DNA of 62,992 bases, the filler included, from Stramenopiles sp. TOSAG23-6 (taxonomy: Eukaryota): the NCBI GenBank assembly GCA_900128565.1. It is 9 parts of 9 records of this genome, joined end to end, with 100 filler letters (N's around TTAATTAATTAA, not from the genome) between each part and the next. Parts side by side here need not be neighbours in the genome. Positions count along the whole stretch, not along the records: positions 48,952 to 58,595 come from LT636360.1; positions 58,696 to 60,062 come from LT639163.1; positions 60,163 to 61,528 come from LT639164.1; positions 61,629 to 62,992 come from LT639165.1; 5 more parts are not named here. One strand, 5' to 3'. Numbering within the stretch: position 1 is the first letter of the stretch; each line of letters starts with the position of its first letter. Under the pieces are notes generated by a model. That model was not told where the DNA came from, made no database searches, and was given only the letters and a program-made list of their open reading frames with translations. Both the position numbers and the translations under genes were made by a program. Below are positions 57,370-62,992 of the stretch, one piece after another.

Positions 57370-58695
57370 TGCAAGCAAAATTGGGAAAAAGAAAAAACAA
57401 TACAAAATTTAGGAAAAAGAAAAAAAATAGATATGAAACAATAAATAGTTTTNAAACTTTTGATTTATTTTTGACTATTTGTAATTTATATCATGATATT
57501 ATATTTCTGTCTCAAGCGTTTCGCATCATGTCATAAGTCTCTTTTAACCCCTGAATTAATTTCATCAACTTGGTCCGCACTATTCCCTTCACGCAGCACC
57601 CTTTTGCTGCCCTTTTGCTGCCCTTTTGCTTGCCCTTTTGCTTGCCCTTTTGCTGCGAGGTGAAAATGCTTGTTTGCAAATTGCAAATTGACGACATTCA
57701 TTCATCCAAAAAAAAAAAAGCTCAAAAGCCAAAAACAAGCAAAAGCGTCAAAAAAAAACAAACAAAAACGAAAACAGTATTATTCATCATCCGATTCATC
57801 GTAATCATATATATATGTATATAGGTCAAGAATTTGTTGTAAGAGTACGATACAATGTCATTTCTCCCTGAAAGTTATTCTTCATTAGTTGACAGTGAGT
57901 CAAAATTATGCCCACGGGTTGCAATATCGTATAATGACGAGTGGTCACTTTGGCCAACACTTCTTCAACTTGGAATTGGAGAAATTCTTAAAGACGTACA
58001 TCTTTCTCTTCATTGGTCAGCAAGTCAGAATGAAAATCAATCGTTATCTTCTCCCCTAAAGAAAATACCAGGTATATCGGGTAAACCTTCAAATTTCATT
58101 CTGTCACCAAATAAAATGACACCATCCAAAATTTGTCGTGATATTAGTTCCTTGCAATTGCACTATAAGCATGAAAACGATCCATCTTGGCCTTCGTTTA
58201 CAAATCCTGACACTTGGTATCAAGAACCATATCTTCATATATTTATATCAAAAGCAGAGGATATGAATACTTATAAAGAAGATGTAGAGCCAAAAATTCG
58301 AAAATGGATAAAAAAGATAGAAAACACAGATGCTGAGTGGTTAATTATTTATGTTCCAATGTATGTTTTATTTTTTTTTTACAAAAAAAAACGATTTTTT
58401 TTTTCGTACGAAATTTTGTACCTAACAAATTTTTTTAGAATTTTTTTTGAAATATGTTTCTAAAATACATGTATACGGGAGTCGGATCACAAAAATCTCA
58501 AAGTTTTAATTGGAATTTTAGTAGATTAAAAGGGAAAAATATGTATGTTTTATTTTTTTTCAAATTCGATTTTTTTTCGTACGAAATTTTGTACCNNNNN
58601 NNNNNNNNNNNNNNNNNNNNNNNNNNNNNNNNNNNNNNNTTAATTAATTAANNNNNNNNNNNNNNNNNNNNNNNNNNNNNNNNNNNNNNNNNNNN

Positions 58696-59897
58696 TTCAG
58701 AAAAAGAAAAAAAAAACATACATGCCCAATAACTGCCATGAATCTGTAAATAATTCAGATACATAAAGTCCTAGACTACCTGCTATAGATGCAATCATAA
58801 TACTATATCCTAACCATTGACCACCAACATGTCGTGCAATTTTTGGAAAACTACCCTCATCCCAATCTTGCCATGCAGGCTTATTTACCCCAGCGGCAAT
58901 TGCTAATGGAAGAATTGTCATGAAACTGACAATAAGTAAAGCAAATAATAATCCATTGGGTACATTCTGTTTCGCATTTTTTATTTCTCCTGCACTTGTT
59001 GAAACGGCATCAAATCCTGAATAACTCCAATATAAAATACTTAATAAATTTCTATAATTGGAAATATTTGCATTGACATTAATCTCATCATATTTTATTT
59101 CAATAGTATCATTTGGACCTTTACTTACAAACAAATTTCGTATGTCCACTTGAGGAAGACCAATCATTATAAACAGTATAAATGGTACAATGACTATAAT
59201 TGAAAGAATACTCATATATAAGCCTATTTTCTTCAATAATAAAAGATTAGGTAAAGCGAAAACATGTACTGTAAAAAAAATATTTCCAAACATTTCAAAA
59301 ATTGGTTTTTTTGTTAGGTACAAAATTTCGTACGAAAAAAAAAATTGAAATATATTTTTTTTTTTTCAAATTTTGAAAACCTACAATGGCAAGAGAAATT
59401 GTAGCTATATTTTTCCACAGAGGTGATAATTCAACGTCAAATGCGGATGAACATGAATGATATACAATGACAGGATAAATTGCATTGTCAACAACACCAC
59501 TACACCAAGACCACCAAGATTGTTGGATACCCCAAAATGTACCAAATGCTTCAGTCACCCAAATACTATAGCCACCGTCATCTGGAAATGTTGTGGAGAG
59601 CTCAGCAGTCATAAATGCAACTGGAGTAGCCCAAACAAGTGGGAAAAGTAAAAGACCTAAAATACCAGGTAAAGGACCCGCTGATGATATGACACCTTCT
59701 GAGCCGTACGGTCCACCGCTTACACTAAAAAATGTCAGACTTATCACAAATAATCGACCTAAAACACGTTTATGTTGATGTTGATCACCACCACCACCTG
59801 ATTCTGAAGGAGAACGACTGCGAGAAAATTCGTCTTTTTCTCCTTTTAAAGTATACTCCTCTGGATATTCATGTATATACTCTTTAGATGAAATCAT
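58696..59897 (-). CDS. APC-superfamily polyamine/amino acid transporter, 3'-truncated; exons 59897-59385 and 59263-58722
   Basis: FFSVSGGPYGSE, AELSTTFPDDGGY..WV..AFG and WSYSGFD...AGE. Confidence 0.88.
59264..59384 (-). mobile_element. Introner-like family intron, GT-AT, 121 nt
   Basis: ATT|GTAGGTTTTC...CAGTACAT|GTT is in frame; the AG 5 nt upstream of the end would frameshift. Confidence 0.85.
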
Positions 59898-60257
59898 TTT
59901 TTAACAAGAATATTTCCAAGATATTTTAGTGGCAAGAAAAAAACATCTGGAGAGATTCAAGAAAAAGAAGAAGAATTGAAGTATAAAACTATTCGTAGCC
60001 TATTTTGGTTTTTTTGCTGAATTCGAATTTCAAATTTAAAATGTCTTTTTCCGTTACATGAANNNNNNNNNNNNNNNNNNNNNNNNNNNNNNNNNNNNNN
60101 NNNNNNTTAATTAATTAANNNNNNNNNNNNNNNNNNNNNNNNNNNNNNNNNNNNNNNNNNNNTATCATTCATTTCAATTTCGGATTTTTTTTTGTACCAA
60201 ATTTCGTACCTAACAAAAAAACAATCAAATTTTTGAAATATTTTTCTAAAATTACAT

Positions 60258-60795
60258 GTATTCTCCCGATCAAAAGGAATCAATTCCTCCAGGATCTTTT
60301 CTTTTCGAGTATATAGGAATGCATATACTCAGCAATGACGTTCCGTATGGGGAAAATTTTTATGAATTTGCGTTACCAAATACCGCGAATTTTTCAATCG
60401 ATGCTAGATATTTTGGTAATATAAGCAGATTTGTGAACCATCAGTGTGGACAAAATAATACAGCAGTCAAGAGTTTATACAGTGAAGCAACACCGTTTGA
60501 GAGATTGACTTTCTATGCAACGAAAAATATCCATCCTGGTGATTGGTTAACATTTAATTATTCACAAGGTCAAATAACAAAAAAAACGAAAAAANNNNNN
60601 NNNNNNNNNNNNNNNNNNNNNNNNNNNNNNNNNNNNNNNNNNNNNNNNNNNNNNNNNNNNNNNNNNNNNNNNNNNNNNNNNNNNNNNNNNNNNNNNNNNN
60701 NNNNNNNNNNNNNNNNNNNNNNNNNNNNNNNNNNNNNNNNNNNNNNNNNNNNCACAAGGTCAAATAACAAAAAAAACGAAAAATTTAGGTTTTGA
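60258..60795 (+). CDS. SET-domain methyltransferase, 3' fragment, preceded by the 3' part of a family intron (60163-60257)
   Basis: FEYIG, IDARYFGNISRFVNH.C and LTFNY. Confidence 0.8.
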
Positions 60796-61628
60796 ATGTA
60801 AATGTATGGTATGTCTAAATAAATCAAGGTAATATGATTTAGATTTTGAGTGTTTCTAAATACAAGGTATATGAAATTGGACATTTTCAAGTAGTATTAT
60901 ATTTTATTTCTTCAATAATAAACTTAGATTATATCCACTTCAAACCATTGCGAATTAATCTTTTAATAGATATAGCTTTGAAATATAATGGAGAATCATC
61001 AACTCGTGCCCAAGATAAACGATTTAAATGAGCAATAAATTCAATAATTATTTTTCCATGTATTGTTTTCGAATTTATATTTTGTGTTTCTCCTTTTCTT
61101 GGTTTTTTTTTTTCTTTTTTTGTTTAATTGTATTTTTTTCAGTCATTTTATGATGATTTGTACGTTCACTAGTTGATAGTATAGATGAAAGAGCAGATAA
61201 TCGTAAGTCTGATCGTCGTAAAATGTATATTGTGACATGAAGTTTTTCATTTTCTGTGAAAACTCTCTGAAACCTGTCATGGTCAATTGAGTTCCACTCA
61301 ATTATAATTTCTCCAGATCTAAATGTATTTGAATTTGTCTCATTTTCTTTATATATATCGCGTTGTGCTACACCCCTTATATATTTTCCAGAATTTGAAA
61401 TGAATACAGTATTTTTATCATTGTGACGAAAAGAATCGACTAATGTTTCAGTAGTTTTATAACTCAAAGGAAACTGATTACTATTATTGGTATTTGGTTG
61501 GATAGAATCGATATTCACAAAGAAGCGGNNNNNNNNNNNNNNNNNNNNNNNNNNNNNNNNNNNNNNNNNNNNTTAATTAATTAANNNNNNNNNNNNNNNN
61601 NNNNNNNNNNNNNNNNNNNNNNNNNNNN

Positions 61629-62125
61629 ATTTGCTTTATTTTTGAAACTTCTTTGTATGATTTGTCATGTTTCTCTTTACATATACTAAACAATGTGTCT
61701 AATGCCGATTTGACTGCGTCGTTATAATTACTTTCGCCAACAAAAACGGATTTTAACTTATTGAGACGAGACATTTGAAGGACGCACGAATCAGATTGTG
61801 TAACTAAATCTACCATTTGTGTAATGATTTTAATGATTTCTTCCGGCTTATTTGCTTGTATACACATCATCCACAATACTTCTAAATCGCTTTTATTCCT
61901 AGTTTGTTGTTCCTTCCACTCAATACATTGTGATTTCATACGAACGTTTGGCACAAGATTTTTATGTGGCAATACTTCATTTGTTACAGGCGACGTATTT
62001 TTTGTATGAAAATGTAGTAAAATTGCAGCTCGTTCATATGTTTGACCATCAGCGGTAAACACTGGATCTTCGAAAATATCTTGTGTTATAGGACATAGTA
62101 AGTCATTAGGTATTTCCTGTGGCAT
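61629..62125 (-). CDS. U-box domain protein, 3'-truncated
   Basis: LLCPITQDIFEDPV.TADGQTYER.AI...SPVTN..L....LVPN. Confidence 0.9.
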
Positions 62126-62377
62126 ATTCTCTTTTGCTAGAGTAAATTTTATAGCGAGAGAGACACAATTATTGTGATATCGATAATAATTTGATATCCA
62201 AAAGTTGACAATTTCTCTTTTACATTTTTTGACCGCTTCCCCTAACCCTAATTTCTAATTTCAATTTCAAATTTCCCAAAAATAACCGACAGACCGTTCT
62301 TTGCTATTTTGACAAATATTTTTTCTCAGAGAGAGACAGATAAAATTTAGATAAAGTTGATACTTTATAAATGAGCA

Positions 62378-62906
62378 ATGCGGTTACTTTACATTGCTCT
62401 CGGTATAGTATCCTTCACACAGGCTCTTCTTTCGAGTATATTTGGTGCATATTCAACTCGTATATTTAATGAAGTCTTTGGTCTTGAGCCACTAGGTTTC
62501 ACTGTAGCTCACGTGTTTTTCCTCGTAACGAATGCAGTCAACGATCCAATTATTGGAATATACCTCGACGTACAAGTAAGAAAGAAAAAAAGCACACTTG
62601 AAAAACTTAAAACTCGTGCGTATTCACTCATTAGTAGTGGTTTCGGGCTTGTCTTTGTATTTGTAGTATTACCGTGGTATCAATGGGGAAATTCTGACTC
62701 ATCTTCACAAAGTGTATTAGCCATTCATTTCTTTTCTTCGCTTTTCTTTTTTGATTGTTTCTTTACTGCCTTTACACTTACTGAATCAGCGTTATCAGCA
62801 GAATGTACTACCTATTCTGAAACAAAACGAGCGTCATTGACACATTGGAGAACTTTATGTAGTGGAATTGGTGTTTTATTTGGGCTTCCATTAGCTGAAG
62901 TTGCAT
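62378..62906 (+). CDS. MFS transporter (GPH/MFSD13A-like), first exon; absent from the ORF track
   Basis: Manual translation MRLLYIALG...NAVNDPIIGIYLD...HFFSSLFFFDCFFT; multiple hydrophobic segments. Confidence 0.7.
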
Positions 62907-62992
62907 GTATGTTTTATTTTTTTTCAAATTCTAAAAATTTTTTTTCGTACGAAATTTTGTACCTAACAATTTTTTTAGATTTTTTTTTGAAA
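62907..62992 (+). mobile_element. Introner-like family copy truncated by window end
   Basis: GCAT|GTATGTTTT plus core. Confidence 0.85.

Larger units (their letters stand above)
48952..58595. repeat. Whole-contig perfect palindrome, centre 53773/53774, probable artefact
   Basis: Coordinates of mirrored ORFs sum to 107547; even the ambiguous N is mirrored (50094/57453). Confidence 0.95.

Noticed and set aside
53774-58595. Genuine duplicated RhoGAP, ankyrin and TRAPPC10 genes
   Set aside because: They are an exact mirror including an ambiguous base, so probably an artefact. They were excluded from the element counts.

Overview
AT-rich eukaryotic (protist-like) genomic DNA, standard genetic code. 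It is not one locus: nine unrelated contigs are joined by artificial 100-nt N..TTAATTAATTAA..N linkers, so adjacency across linkers means nothing. Recognisable genes: MCC beta-type carboxyltransferase, polyprenol reductase, ZMAT2/Snu23, O-acetylhomoserine sulfhydrylase, ABCA transporter, a carboxylic-acid-reductase-like A-T-R enzyme, AIP1/WDR1, VPS13, Rab1, Peter Pan/Ssf1, CNDP2/Dug1, a DHHC palmitoyltransferase, an IQ coiled-coil protein, TRAPPC10, an ankyrin protein, RhoGAP, an APC transporter, SET and U-box proteins and an MFS transporter, plus several secreted orphans. The main signal is a high-copy family of ~90-120 nt insertions (about 35 copies by manual count outside the mirrored arm). 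Consensus: GTAYGTTTT..CAAATTCGAATTT..TTTCGTACGAAATTTTGTACCTAAC..GAAATATTTTT..AATACAT. The copies interrupt conserved ORFs, always lie in the host gene's sense orientation, and restore the frame and conserved motifs when removed at non-canonical GT...AT boundaries (rarely GT-AG, GT-AC or AT-AT). They usually follow an exonic AT, giving AT|GT...AT| with short terminal inverted repeats. The simplest reading is an introner-like mobile intron family with GT-AT splice sites that coexists with ordinary GT-AG introns; no transcript data are available here to confirm splicing. Contig 48952-58595 is a perfect 9.6-kb palindrome and probably an assembly or amplification artefact.
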